A DNA stretch of 32,000 nt, from positions 360,001 to 392,000 of the forward strand of contig NZ_CP124549.1 of assembly GCF_030253515.1 (NCBI RefSeq), given 5' to 3'. Positions within the stretch are counted from its first letter, which is position 1; each line of letters begins with the position of its first letter. Below the pieces are notes generated by a model. The model was given only the letters and a program-made list of their open reading frames with translations, did not search any database and was not told the origin of the DNA. Position numbers and translations under genes: made by a program. The stretch is from Candidatus Nanosynbacter lyticus. Its GTDB lineage: Bacteria; Patescibacteriota; Saccharimonadia; Saccharimonadales; Saccharimonadaceae. Of the stretch, positions 6,605-15,654 are shown one piece after another.

Positions 6605-9051
6605 TGCGAGATTATCTAGACATTATCAAGAGAAATTTACTATCGCCAATTGTACTGGCGATTTTCCTGCTGGCCGGGGCGCTGATTTATGTGCGCGAGT
6701 ACCGCGATGCTTGGTTTATTTCGGTGGTGATCGTGGTCAACTCGCTGATCGGCATCGTGCAGGAAATTCGCGCCAAGCGGGTGCTGCACCGGCTGGAGCT
6801 GATGAGTGCACCCAGGGCGCGGGTGCTGCGCGACGGCCAGGCGGTGGAGGTGCCGTATGATTCGCTGGTGGTGGGTGATGAGATTATCCTTAGGGCTGGT
6901 GATGAGCTGCCGGCGGACGCGGCAGTGACAGCGTCGAAGGGCCTGGAGCTGAATGAAAGTATGCTCACTGGCGAGTCGGCGGCGGTCGAGAAAGCGGCTG
7001 GCGACACGGTGCTGGCGGCAACCACGGTGCTGGCGGGTGAAGGTACGGCGCGGGTCACGGCGGTTGGCGACCAAACGAAGGCTGGTGCCATCAGCCAAGT
7101 CCTCAAGCGCTACAAACCGGAGCTGACGCCGCTGCAGGTGGCAATTTGGCGGGCGATTACCTTCTTGACATATGGTGCAATTATCTTAGCAGCGCTGATT
7201 TTTACCGTGTATTATTTGTCGGGTGATAACGTGGTGATTATCCTAAAGACCATTACTTCGGCGGCGGTAACGGTGGTGCCGGAGGGGCTGCTGCTGGCCA
7301 GTTCCCTGCTGCTGGCGTTCGGCTCGCTGCGGCTGGCGCAGGCCAAGGTGTTGCCGCAGAAATTGGCGGCGATCGAGGCGATGGCGCTGCTTAATTTATT
7401 GGCGGTGGACAAGACTGGTACGCTGACCAGCGACGAGGTGACGCTGGAGCGGGTGGTGGCGTTTGATGAGATGATGCCGGCAAATTCGATTACGGATACC
7501 TCGGAAAAATCCGCAGCCCAAGCGACCGCGGGCAGCCCAGCGCGTAGATTTTCGGAGATAAAACTATCTGAAGCTGCTTCGGACGTTGCCGAGCTGGCAG
7601 CCCTTATCGCTCATGAAACCAGCGGCGGCAATATCACTGGGCAAGCAATTCTCGCGGAACTCACGCCGTCCAAGCACGCAGACATCATCGAGGTGATGGC
7701 CTTTTCCTCGGCGCGCAAGATGGCGGGCGTTCGGGCGAAGGTCGACGGCACGGTGCGGACGTTGATGATGGGAGCGCCAGAGTTTGTGGCTAAATTGGCG
7801 CCGGTTGACACCATGTTGCAACGCCAGCTGGATGAGTGGGCGGACAGCGGCCTCAGGGTGCTGATGCTGGCGGAATTTGATGATGAAACGACTAAATTGA
7901 AGGATTTGCCAGACAGTTCTGGGCGGGCGATTGGCGCGGTGATTTTACGTAATTCCCTGCGCGACGGCGTGATTGACACGGTCAAGTTCCTCCAGCAGCA
8001 AGGCGTGGTCATCCGGGTGATTTCCGGCGACAATCCGCGTACCGTGCAGCATATCGCGCGCGAGGCGGGTATCGCTAATCCGGACAAGGCCATCCTCGGC
8101 TCGGTATTGGCAGGTCTCAGCGACAAAGCTTTCAATAAGGCTGCCGACGAGCACACAATTTTTGCCCGCGTGCTGCCAGAGCAAAAGGAGCGGCTGATCG
8201 CTCATTTCAAGCAGTCCGGCAAGTTCACCGGCATGGTCGGCGACGGCGTCAACGACGCGCTGGCGTTGAAAAAATCTGACCTCGGTGTGGCGATGTACGC
8301 GGGTGCTCCGGCATCGCGGCGGGTGGCGGACATTATTTTACTCAATAATTCGTTTACGTCCCTGCCGATTGGCATGAAGCTGGGTAATCGAATTATGCAA
8401 GCGATCGAAGTCATCGCTACCCTGTTCTTTCACAAGATTATTTACGGCGTGGTGCTGCTACTGAGTACCATGCTGGTCGGGCTGAATTATCCGTACGCGC
8501 CGCGGCACATCACCTTTCTCAATATTTTCCTGGTGACCATGCCGACGATTATGTGGACGCTGTTTCCGCCGCGGCCGCGTCATCGGGTCAATCCGGCGCA
8601 TTTCTGGCGTGACACTCTGCAGGCGGTGGCGCCGATCGCGCTGCTGACGGGCCTGACGGTGGCGTTTACTTACTGGTCGGGCGTGACGCTGCATCCACAT
8701 CAGGCGGCCGAGGCAGCGACGATGACGGTCCTGACAGCCACATTCTTTGGGATTTATCTGGTGTTTTTGGTCGGGCCGATGCTCGGTGTGGTCCTCGATA
8801 GGCGGGCGCACCTGGCGCGGACGCTGTATATGGCGGGCGTGCTGTTCGTTACCTTGGTGAGTTTTGGTATTGAGCCGCTCAGGCAGTTCTTTGACTTTAC
8901 CATGCCAAATGTTGCCCTGCTCTGGCCGGGCATCGCTGTGGTCATCCCCGTCGCCCTGGCCCAGTGGTGGCTGGCTCGCCGCGCTGGTCGGAAGTTTGCT
9001 GATATGGTAGAGGCGGCCGACGAGCGGACGAAGACGAACCGCCCAGAATGA
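6604..9051 (+). CDS. Cation-translocating P-type ATPase
   Basis: TGES actuator motif, phosphorylation site DKTGTLT, hinge GDGVNDALALKKSDLGVAM, and multiple TM helices at both ends. Confidence 0.92.
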   Translation: MRDYLDIIKRNLLSPIVLAIFLLAGALIYVREYRDAWFISVVIVVNSLIGIVQEIRAKRVLHRLELMSAPRARVLRDGQAVEVPYDSLVVGDEIILRAGDELPADAAVTASKGLELNESMLTGESAAVEKAAGDTVLAATTVLAGEGTARVTAVGDQTKAGAISQVLKRYKPELTPLQVAIWRAITFLTYGAIILAALIFTVYYLSGDNVVIILKTITSAAVTVVPEGLLLASSLLLAFGSLRLAQAKVLPQKLAAIEAMALLNLLAVDKTGTLTSDEVTLERVVAFDEMMPANSITDTSEKSAAQATAGSPARRFSEIKLSEAASDVAELAALIAHETSGGNITGQAILAELTPSKHADIIEVMAFSSARKMAGVRAKVDGTVRTLMMGAPEFVAKLAPVDTMLQRQLDEWADSGLRVLMLAEFDDETTKLKDLPDSSGRAIGAVILRNSLRDGVIDTVKFLQQQGVVIRVISGDNPRTVQHIAREAGIANPDKAILGSVLAGLSDKAFNKAADEHTIFARVLPEQKERLIAHFKQSGKFTGMVGDGVNDALALKKSDLGVAMYAGAPASRRVADIILLNNSFTSLPIGMKLGNRIMQAIEVIATLFFHKIIYGVVLLLSTMLVGLNYPYAPRHITFLNIFLVTMPTIMWTLFPPRPRHRVNPAHFWRDTLQAVAPIALLTGLTVAFTYWSGVTLHPHQAAEAATMTVLTATFFGIYLVFLVGPMLGVVLDRRAHLARTLYMAGVLFVTLVSFGIEPLRQFFDFTMPNVALLWPGIAVVIPVALAQWWLARRAGRKFADMVEAADERTKTNRPE

Positions 9052-9213
9052 GCGGGCGAGTAGTTCCAATCCCTGATTATCTCCAATGAAAATAGCCCAC
9101 CGAACGAGCTCAAACCAGAACTGGATATATCTCAACCCAGGAAATGCAAGTAATGCATCTCAACCAGTTTGAGCCCAGTCGGTGAGCCATTTTCGGTGGG
9201 CAGCCCTTTGCCC

Positions 9214-9441
9214 TCACCTCTTCATGTGTCTTGTTATCACATCATGCACCGTAATAATAATCCCCCCGGCTCCCATAACCGCAGAGAAGAACGCGGCTGA
9301 GCAGCTTTCGCTCTTAGCGCAATTTCGGATTCCGGTGCACTCATCGAGGCCAGAACATGCACCATCGCTGAGCATCCAACTGCCCCCCACAACACCAATA
9401 ACGGAGATGATCGCAAACACGATGAGTTTACTCTTGGGCAT
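9214..9441 (-). CDS. Small (75 aa) two-TM membrane protein with a Cys-rich loop
   Basis: The start was moved to the internal ATG at 9441 because the track start (9549) lies inside the -35 box of the promoter. Sequence begins MPKSKLIVFAIISVIGVVGGSWML..CSGLDECTGIRNCAKSESC..AAFFSAVMGAGGIIITV. A weak SD (GAAAGG) is present. Confidence 0.5.
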   Translation of the reverse strand: MPKSKLIVFAIISVIGVVGGSWMLSDGACSGLDECTGIRNCAKSESCSAAFFSAVMGAGGIIITVHDVITRHMKR

Positions 9442-9511
9442 ACTTTCTACCTTTCTTAGAAAAAGCTCAAAGCTAAAGGGCGACTTCCGCCCTAAGGAAA
9501 ACTTTGAGCAA

Positions 9512-9606
9512 AAGCTGATATATATATCACTAATAGAATAAAATGTCAATGGATTTTGTCAAAAATGTGATATAATATCTTCTCTCACCCCTGTTATGAT
9601 CATAGA
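9512..9606 (-). repeat. Promoter cassette copy 1 (about 75% identical to 11001-11092)
   Basis: The shared blocks are GCTGATATATA..GTCAA.GG.TTTTGTCAA.AATGTG.T.TAATAT.TCT.TCACCCC.GTTA.GATC. Confidence 0.7.
9521..9549 (-). promoter_or_regulatory. Consensus sigma70-type promoter for the small membrane protein
   Basis: On the minus strand: TTGACA (9549-9544), 17 nt, TATATA (9526-9521). The downstream 5' UTR forms a hairpin, GCTCAAAG...CTTTGAGC, with inner AGGGCG/CGCCCT. Confidence 0.6.
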
Positions 9607-9685
9607 TAACTTTTTATAGAAAATAGTAGCCGGTGTTTTCTGTGAGTGGCTGTTCCGCTCTCCCCGCGCTATGCCGGGTCGCTAA

Positions 9686-10597
9686 TCATGACTCGCCCAG
9701 ATCTTTCGTAGCGGAGATGGTCACCGTTATCGCTCTCAAAATCGTCCGCAAATTTGCAGCGGTGATGGCCTTCGCTAGCTCATGCTTTGTCAGCGGCGCG
9801 GCGGTTTTCTGGTAAAAATAAATTGGTGCGGGGTTGTAGAACGGGTCAGTTTTGAAAGCTTTGGCGAGGTCATTCAGGCGGCTGGCATGCGGTGTAATGT
9901 CAAATGTTCGTAAATAGCTTTGTGCTGCTTTGCCCGCGCTTTGCCAATCGAAAGATTTTTTAACGGTGTAGGTTTGGCTGACCGAATTGCCGTCATGGTA
10001 GGCGGTGAATTCGCTATGGCTGGACGGATAGACTGGCGCTCTGTCAAAGCACGCGCTGCGCACCAGGTCGAGCAGTATCGGATACATACAGAAAAAGGCG
10101 GCGGTTGCCTGCTTGCTGGCATCGGGAGCCTCAATCGTCAGCGTGATGTCTATGAAATTATCTGGCTGATCATCAACCTCTAGCGGCGGGCTTTTGACTG
10201 GTTCGGTAATTTTGTCAGGTCTAGCGGAGCGGCGGCTGGCGAAAGCTTTTTGACAGCGCGCCAGTTGTTTGCGTAATTCTTTTTCATCCCAAATGACAAC
10301 GTTTGATCTCATTTCCGCTTCAATGTGGGCGACGGATTCGTTAATCATGGATAAGTCAAACGGCTTTACATCGGCGATGACTTTTTCAAATAACGTAATT
10401 GATTCGCGAGTAAAGAACGCGACGTCAAAAAAGACGCTCGATTCGGATGTTGTGCCATGTAATTCGCCAATAAAGGCGCGCTCATTACCAGATTTTTCTG
10501 CCGCTCGTAAGAACCGCCGAATAACCAAATGCTCAAACAAATGGCAAACATCGTGATCGGCTGGCAAGTTGTAAGCGGAATATAGTTTGTGGATCAT
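9686..10597 (-). CDS. Hypothetical protein with an HxxEH motif (possible short, divergent M16/insulinase-like metallopeptidase)
   Basis: The start was moved to the ATG at 10597 (MIHKLYS...), which is preceded by TGCTACAAT plus 6 nt. The motif reads CHLFEHLV, with a downstream acidic stretch NESVAHIEAEMR about 70 residues later. At 303 aa it is shorter than typical M16 proteins. Confidence 0.55.
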   Translation of the reverse strand: MIHKLYSAYNLPADHDVCHLFEHLVIRRFLRAAEKSGNERAFIGELHGTTSESSVFFDVAFFTRESITLFEKVIADVKPFDLSMINESVAHIEAEMRSNVVIWDEKELRKQLARCQKAFASRRSARPDKITEPVKSPPLEVDDQPDNFIDITLTIEAPDASKQATAAFFCMYPILLDLVRSACFDRAPVYPSSHSEFTAYHDGNSVSQTYTVKKSFDWQSAGKAAQSYLRTFDITPHASRLNDLAKAFKTDPFYNPAPIYFYQKTAAPLTKHELAKAITAANLRTILRAITVTISATKDLGES

Positions 10598-10603
10598 GGG
10601 TTT

Positions 10604-10612
10604 ATTGTAGCA
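10604..10612 (-). promoter_or_regulatory. Extended -10 (TGCTACAAT) placed 6 nt upstream of the ATG at 10597
   Basis: The minus strand reads TGCTACAAT-aaaccc-ATG. Confidence 0.5.
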
Positions 10613-10666
10613 GGGTGAGTACTCCGCCCCAACAGATTGCACTGCCAGGGCGGAGTCTTCTCGAAC

Positions 10667-10900
10667 TCAGAAGCTCTTGAACGGAGCCTTGTCGTTCGAG
10701 GTTCCTGAGTCGCTACGGTTGGTCAGCGACCTAGGAGCGTCGGCCTTCGGGGTCGACGACTTGGAGGTGGGGAGCCCGCTGAAGGTCACCTTCGGCAGGC
10801 TTCCCGGGGATCCACCGAATCGCTGCTGGCCGCTCTGGCCGAAGCTGTCGTGGTGGTTCCTGTTGCTGTTCAATCCCTTTTGGGGACGTCCAGTTGCCAT
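10667..10900 (-). CDS. Small (77 aa) basic, G/S/N/Q-rich protein, probably disordered
   Basis: The start was moved to the ATG at 10900, which is preceded by AAAGGAG plus 8 nt. The track start (11038) lies in the -35 box. Sequence begins MATGRPQKGLNSNRNHHDSFGQSGQQRFGGSPGSL... Confidence 0.5.
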   Translation of the reverse strand: MATGRPQKGLNSNRNHHDSFGQSGQQRFGGSPGSLPKVTFSGLPTSKSSTPKADAPRSLTNRSDSGTSNDKAPFKSF

Positions 10901-11000
10901 AGTAAACTCCTTTTGGAGTCGGGCGAGAATGGACCTTCTCGCAAACGGCACATTTGACACATGGCACGAGTCAAATGCGAACCCAGTGCGAAATTGCACG

Positions 11001-11092
11001 AAAGGCTGATATATATCAATACGAGAACAAAACGTCAAGGGTTTTTGTCAATAATGTGGTGTAATATTTCTATCACCCCCGTTACGATCGCG
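11001..11092 (-). repeat. Promoter cassette copy 2
   Basis: It aligns with 9512-9606. Similarity ends about 12 nt downstream of the -10 box. Confidence 0.7.
11010..11038 (-). promoter_or_regulatory. Sigma70-type promoter for the 77-aa protein
   Basis: On the minus strand: TTGACG (11038-11033), 17 nt, TATATA (11015-11010). The roughly 95-nt 5' UTR has three hairpins, for example CATTTGAC...GTCAAATG. Confidence 0.6.
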
Positions 11093-11119
11093 GCGTGTTA
11101 TATAGTAACCGTATAAGTT

Positions 11120-12106
11120 TTAGTCCTGCTCCACTTCTCGCAAAGCCTTATCCGTCGCCGTCACCAACTCCCGCACGGCCTCGTCATACTCCTCGTATAC
11201 GCGAAAACCAGCCGCGTACGGATGGCCGCCGCCGCCGAAGTAGCCGGCTACGGTATCGGCGATCGGTAGGTTGCCGCGCAGGCGGGCAGTTAGCTTGCCG
11301 TCGGGATAAGTTTTGATAACGCAGCTGAGCGCCACGCCCTCGACCAACCGCAGCTCGTCGCCGATCAGCGCGCCGGGGTTGTAGGCGTCGCTGTACTGTT
11401 GAATTTCCTCAAATGGCACGTGTACCAGCGCCAATTGTCCGTCCAGTAAATATTCGATGCGCTCAATTAGCTTGCCTTTGTATGCCAAAATCTCCGGTGA
11501 TTTCTTCATAAATTCGCGCCGCCGCTCTTCGATTTCGGCATTGGACGCGCCGAGTTTGGTCAACTCGCCCGCCACGTGAAAGGTCGCCGCAGTGGTGTTT
11601 GGCGTGGTGAGACCCAGACTGTCAGACATGATGGCGATGAGGAGGTTTTCGGCGGCTTGCTGGTTGATGGTCCAGCCAGCGTGCGTGAACAATTGGTACA
11701 ATAATTCCCCGGTAGCCACCACCGTGTCAGAGAGCATAGTGTGTTCAAAGCTCAGCGTTGACTCGGCGGTGTGGTGGTCGATGACCAAAACTGGGTGCGT
11801 TTCCAAAAAATGCCGCACCCCCGGCGTTTCTAAGACCTTGCTGAGTAGTACGTCGGCGCTGGTATCCACGATGATAGCTAGGTCGGCGCGGGTCGGAAAA
11901 TCGCCAACCACCCGGTCCCAGCCGCGGATGTAGCGCAGATATTTGGGGATATCGACTGGGCAATACAACGTCACGGTCTTACCCAAATCACTCAGCACTT
12001 CCTCCAGCGCCAAGCTAGAACCCAGACTGTCACCGTCAGGATTTTCGGCTTGGATGATGACGATGTTGTTGGCAGATTGGATGAGTTGCTGGGCGGTATC
12101 AAACAT
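11120..12106 (-). CDS. nrnA: DHH/DHHA1 phosphoesterase (NrnA-type oligoribonuclease / pAp phosphatase)
   Basis: DGDSLGS, DHH (VIDHHTAE) and GGGHPYAAG motifs. TGCTATAAT (12121-12113) sits 6 nt upstream of the ATG. Confidence 0.85.
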   Translation of the reverse strand: MFDTAQQLIQSANNIVIIQAENPDGDSLGSSLALEEVLSDLGKTVTLYCPVDIPKYLRYIRGWDRVVGDFPTRADLAIIVDTSADVLLSKVLETPGVRHFLETHPVLVIDHHTAESTLSFEHTMLSDTVVATGELLYQLFTHAGWTINQQAAENLLIAIMSDSLGLTTPNTTAATFHVAGELTKLGASNAEIEERRREFMKKSPEILAYKGKLIERIEYLLDGQLALVHVPFEEIQQYSDAYNPGALIGDELRLVEGVALSCVIKTYPDGKLTARLRGNLPIADTVAGYFGGGGHPYAAGFRVYEEYDEAVRELVTATDKALREVEQD

Positions 12107-12148
12107 AGTCTTATTATAGCAGACGGGAGTTTCGATGGGGTGACGGGG

Positions 12149-14125
12149 CTACTCGTCGCGCATGTCTTTGATCGGGTTGCGGCGGGTGTTGCGGATGAGC
12201 GGTATCAGGCACGCCAGCACGGCAGCAGCGATGATACTGAGGGCGACCGCGCCGATGATCGTCCAGTCAATCGTCCAAAAATGGAAGGTTGTCGCCAAAT
12301 CTTTCGGCGTCATGGCGATGCGCAGCGTCGCGGTGATTTGACCAGCCAGTAAATTGTCGGCAATATATACGACGATTAGTCCGGCGGCGATACTAAACAG
12401 CGCGGTAAGCAGCGCCACGATCATGGTGTAGACGAAATAAATTTGGCTAATATCAAGCCGCGTTGCTCCGAGCGCTCGAAAAACTGCGGATTCTTTGCGG
12501 CTGTCGGCGATGGTGCGGGAGATGATAATCAGCAAGATAAAGGCGGCGATGACCGTCACGCCGATGAACGTCCACATGATGATTGGCCTGAGGCGTTCCA
12601 TGGCGTCGTAATTGACGAGCGAGTTGCTGCCGGTGGGCGACGCGAATACTACGTAGTGCGGCAGGCAGATTGACTTATTAGATTTTTGGGTTTTGGAAGC
12701 TTCAGCGGCGGGTTCGGGCTGGGCGGATAAATCGGTTATTTCCGTGCCGCCAGAATTCCCTTCGCCGCAAGAAGCGGCTGCCAGGTAGCTGCGAGCTTTA
12801 TTGGGGTCGCTGAATTCATAGATAGCTAGCGTCTCTTCCCTGTTGGCGCCGCCTTGATCATTGTTGGCGGTTTGAATAGTTGATTCAAGCGCTGTTTGCG
12901 CTGAGGTGGTCATCGGGCCGCGCGGCATGATCCAGGTGTATGACAGGCGGGCGCTTAAAAATTGCTGTAAGAAGCTGCCGATGTCGCTTTGGGCGGCTTC
13001 AATACCGTCCGGCATCAGGCCGACGACGCGGAAAGTAAATTTAGCCTGGGCAGGTTCGGGCTGGGCTGAGCCGAAAGTCTGATCAAATTGGCGCTGGTTA
13101 GCTTCGGTGCGCTTGGCTTCGGCTGAACGATTATCCTTAACGACGGCCGGCGCAGCGCAGGAATCAGCGGACGGCATGGCGTATTCGCGGTCTGGTTTGA
13201 CATAATCGGCGGATGGTTTCTTAGCTTGATTGGCGGCAGCTTGGATTTGCTGTTTGGCGGTTTGCAGTAACGCTCGCGAAGTCGGGTTGCGATAACAGGC
13301 GCTGAATGTCAACTGCCTGGCTTTTTGGCGCAATTCTTTGAGCCGTGCTAGCTGCATGTCATTGCCGGCATTTTTATCCAGCGGCTTGAGGCCGAGCAGC
13401 ACTTCAGCGTCCTGGTAACGGATGATCAGCGGAATCTCGCTGGGTTTGGTATTGGCGCCAGTGAGCAAATACCCGCCCAGCAGCGATTGGTCGATGGTGG
13501 TTATACTGCCGAATTGCTGTTTAAATTCTTCCAGCGGTGTCGGCTGGTTGTTTTGCTGGCGCTTGTCGTCAAACGATTCGAGTCCCCGCTCCATATAATT
13601 CAGCATGCCATTGGCGGCGATTGACTGAATACTAAACTGTCGCACGGCGCCGCGGGTGCGGGCAAATTGCCACTGCGCGTCCGCTGTGAGGCGCGGCAAT
13701 TTGGCGGTCTCCTGGCGAATAAGCCGCTGGACGATGACGCTCTGGTCGTTCGGGTACGGCTGGCTATCAGGAAACGACTGCATGATTGGCGGTTCGGATT
13801 TGGGGTCGTATGGCAGGCCGAGGCGGGCGGCCAGCGCCTGCTTGTCCTTGATCATTTGCGTACGTTCGGCTTCGGCGCGAGCAGTTAGATTTGAGGTAAA
13901 TTCAATAGTATTTGGCCGAATGGCGGTTTGCGCCACCAAATAGCGGTTATTCAGGCTGCCTCGATCAAATTCCTCGACGCTCCGCTGGGCGCCCATTAGC
14001 ATAGTCAGTCCCGCCAGCAGCGCCGCGAAAAGCAGCCCAGACACGACCACGGTGATAGATAAGCGAATACGCCGCACTCGGAGTTTGGTGCCAGCCAGCC
14101 GCAGCGAATCGGTGATTCTAAGCAT
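12149..14125 (-). CDS. ABC transporter permease, FtsX/MacB type, with a large extracytoplasmic domain
   Basis: It has an N-terminal TM, a roughly 480-aa soluble domain and a C-terminal 3-TM FtsX-like bundle. It overlaps the upstream ATPase gene by 8 nt. Confidence 0.8.
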   Translation of the reverse strand: MLRITDSLRLAGTKLRVRRIRLSITVVVSGLLFAALLAGLTMLMGAQRSVEEFDRGSLNNRYLVAQTAIRPNTIEFTSNLTARAEAERTQMIKDKQALAARLGLPYDPKSEPPIMQSFPDSQPYPNDQSVIVQRLIRQETAKLPRLTADAQWQFARTRGAVRQFSIQSIAANGMLNYMERGLESFDDKRQQNNQPTPLEEFKQQFGSITTIDQSLLGGYLLTGANTKPSEIPLIIRYQDAEVLLGLKPLDKNAGNDMQLARLKELRQKARQLTFSACYRNPTSRALLQTAKQQIQAAANQAKKPSADYVKPDREYAMPSADSCAAPAVVKDNRSAEAKRTEANQRQFDQTFGSAQPEPAQAKFTFRVVGLMPDGIEAAQSDIGSFLQQFLSARLSYTWIMPRGPMTTSAQTALESTIQTANNDQGGANREETLAIYEFSDPNKARSYLAAASCGEGNSGGTEITDLSAQPEPAAEASKTQKSNKSICLPHYVVFASPTGSNSLVNYDAMERLRPIIMWTFIGVTVIAAFILLIIISRTIADSRKESAVFRALGATRLDISQIYFVYTMIVALLTALFSIAAGLIVVYIADNLLAGQITATLRIAMTPKDLATTFHFWTIDWTIIGAVALSIIAAAVLACLIPLIRNTRRNPIKDMRDE

Positions 14126-14999
14126 CGGCTATTCTCCCGTCCTTCAGGCGGATTTCACGATCGGCTGCTGCGGCGATGTCTGGATTATGCGTAACGATAA
14201 CGACTGTGGTGCCGAGTTCGCGGCGGATTTGGTGAAATAGATCAATGATACGGTCGGAATTGGCGCTGTCCAGATTGCCTGTCGGTTCGTCGGCGAGTAA
14301 AATATTCGGGCGATTGAATAAGGCGCGGGCGATGGCAGCGCGCTGAATTTGACCGCCAGAAAGTTCGCGCGGCAAATGGTGCATCCGGTCTGCTAGTCCG
14401 ACCAATTCGGCGAGTTCCTGGGCGCGGGCGCGGCGCTGCTTGGGCTTAATGCGGGCAAACATGGCGGGAATTTCCAGATTGGCAGACAGGGTTAGGAATG
14501 GCTGCAGATAAAATGATTGAAAGACAAAGCCGATTTCGCGCGATCGGAACCGCGACAGTTGCCGGTCAGACAAGCGGCTGAGCGGCTGGTCGTTGATGAG
14601 GATTTGACCGGTGGACGGCTTGTCGAGTCCGCCGATGAGCTGCAATAAAGTACTTTTGCCCGAGCCGCTAGCGCCAGTGATGGCCACGAATTCGCCAGCG
14701 AAAATATCAAGGCTAACGCCGCCGAGCGCTGGAATGGTCTGGCGGCCGACGCGGTAAGATTTGGCGAGGTCGGTTACGGCGATATGGTAGCGGCTGGAGC
14801 GTTCTGGCGCGGCAGCGGGCGGTGTCATAACCTTGGTGGCTGGGCTAGATTTGGCGGCTGGAGGTAAGTCAACTAAGCCGGCCGAAACAGCCGGCTGAGC
14901 AAAGCCGCGGATTGCGTCAATTGCTTCCTCGACGTCGTCAAACTTCGCTAAAAATGCCGCGATATCCTCAGCGCGCACCTTCCCCACCTCTGGTTTCAT
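14118..14999 (-). CDS. ABC transporter ATP-binding protein (MacB/LolD-like) with a roughly 90-aa N-terminal extension
   Basis: Walker A GASGSGKST, signature LSGGQIQR, Walker B LLADEPTGNLD. The start was moved to the ATG at 14999 (MKPEVG...), which follows TGCTACAAT (15014-15006) plus 6 nt. The track start (15065) overlaps recR. Confidence 0.88.
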   Translation of the reverse strand: MKPEVGKVRAEDIAAFLAKFDDVEEAIDAIRGFAQPAVSAGLVDLPPAAKSSPATKVMTPPAAAPERSSRYHIAVTDLAKSYRVGRQTIPALGGVSLDIFAGEFVAITGASGSGKSTLLQLIGGLDKPSTGQILINDQPLSRLSDRQLSRFRSREIGFVFQSFYLQPFLTLSANLEIPAMFARIKPKQRRARAQELAELVGLADRMHHLPRELSGGQIQRAAIARALFNRPNILLADEPTGNLDSANSDRIIDLFHQIRRELGTTVVIVTHNPDIAAAADREIRLKDGRIADA

Positions 15000-15036
15000 G
15001 GTTGTATTGTAGCAAAAGCAGGATGGCCTTAGCAAG

Positions 15037-15654
15037 CTACAGCGTTCGTCGTCCTTCCAGCGCATGCGTCAGCGTAATTTGGTCGGCGTATTCAAGGTCG
15101 ACGCCGACGGGGATGCCGCGGGCCAGGCGCGAGATGGTGATGGTGAGGCCGGCCTCCTGGAGGTAGCACTGCAAAAAGAGCGCGGTTGACTCGCCTTCGA
15201 CCGACGCGTTGGTGGCGATGATTAATTCCTCGGCGTTATCATGCTTGATTCGCTCGATGAGCTCAGGGATGTGCAGCTGCTCCGGGCCGATGCCATCAAT
15301 TGGCGAAATCGCGCCGCCCAGCACGTGATAGGTGCCGCTATACTGCCCCGTCCGCTCCAGCGCCACGATATCCAGTGGCTCTTCAACCACGCAAATCAAG
15401 CGGCGATTGCGCGACTCGTCTTGGTATAGCGGCGACACCTCTTGATCGTGATCAATCAGCGCGAACGTGACCGGACAGGTTTTGACGCGTGTATGCAGCC
15501 GGTCCAGCGCCCGCGCTAGCTGCTCAGCTCGCCTGGCGTCACGCCGAAGTACGGCATACGCATAGCGCTCGGCGGTTCGCGGCCCGACACCGGGCAGCCC
15601 GCCAAACTCATCAATTAGCGTCGTCAGCGCCGCCGGCAAAATCGTCGGTTTCAT
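15037..15654 (-). CDS. recR: Recombination protein RecR (Cys4 zinc finger not conserved)
   Basis: An HhH N-terminus (GLPGVGPRTAERYA) and a Toprim region (ICVVEEPLD...ATNASVEGE). The start overlaps the ybaB stop (TAATG). Confidence 0.9.
   Translation of the reverse strand: MKPTILPAALTTLIDEFGGLPGVGPRTAERYAYAVLRRDARRAEQLARALDRLHTRVKTCPVTFALIDHDQEVSPLYQDESRNRRLICVVEEPLDIVALERTGQYSGTYHVLGGAISPIDGIGPEQLHIPELIERIKHDNAEELIIATNASVEGESTALFLQCYLQEAGLTITISRLARGIPVGVDLEYADQITLTHALEGRRTL

Noticed and set aside
6640-9135. Antisense ORFs inside the P-type ATPase (for example 7611-8156 and 8458-9135), and similar ones inside dnaB/dnaX (18479-19174) and rplA (24288-24942)
   Set aside because: These are shadow ORFs opposite strongly supported genes. 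They have Arg/Ser/Pro/Ala-rich low-complexity translations and no start-site signals.
9098-9200. Long-range inverted repeats (CCACCGAA/TTCGGTGG and GCTCAAAC/GTTTGAGC) between the convergent ATPase and small-protein genes, considered as an ncRNA or bidirectional terminator
   Set aside because: The arms are short and separated by large unpaired segments, with no U-tract on either strand. The evidence does not support calling a feature.
9442-9549. Long N-terminal extensions of the track ORFs 9214-9549 and 10667-11038 (both begin MTF..)
   Set aside because: The extensions start inside the -35 boxes of the mapped consensus promoters and translate the conserved promoter cassette and the structured 5' UTRs. 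Internal ATGs with SD-like sequences fit better.
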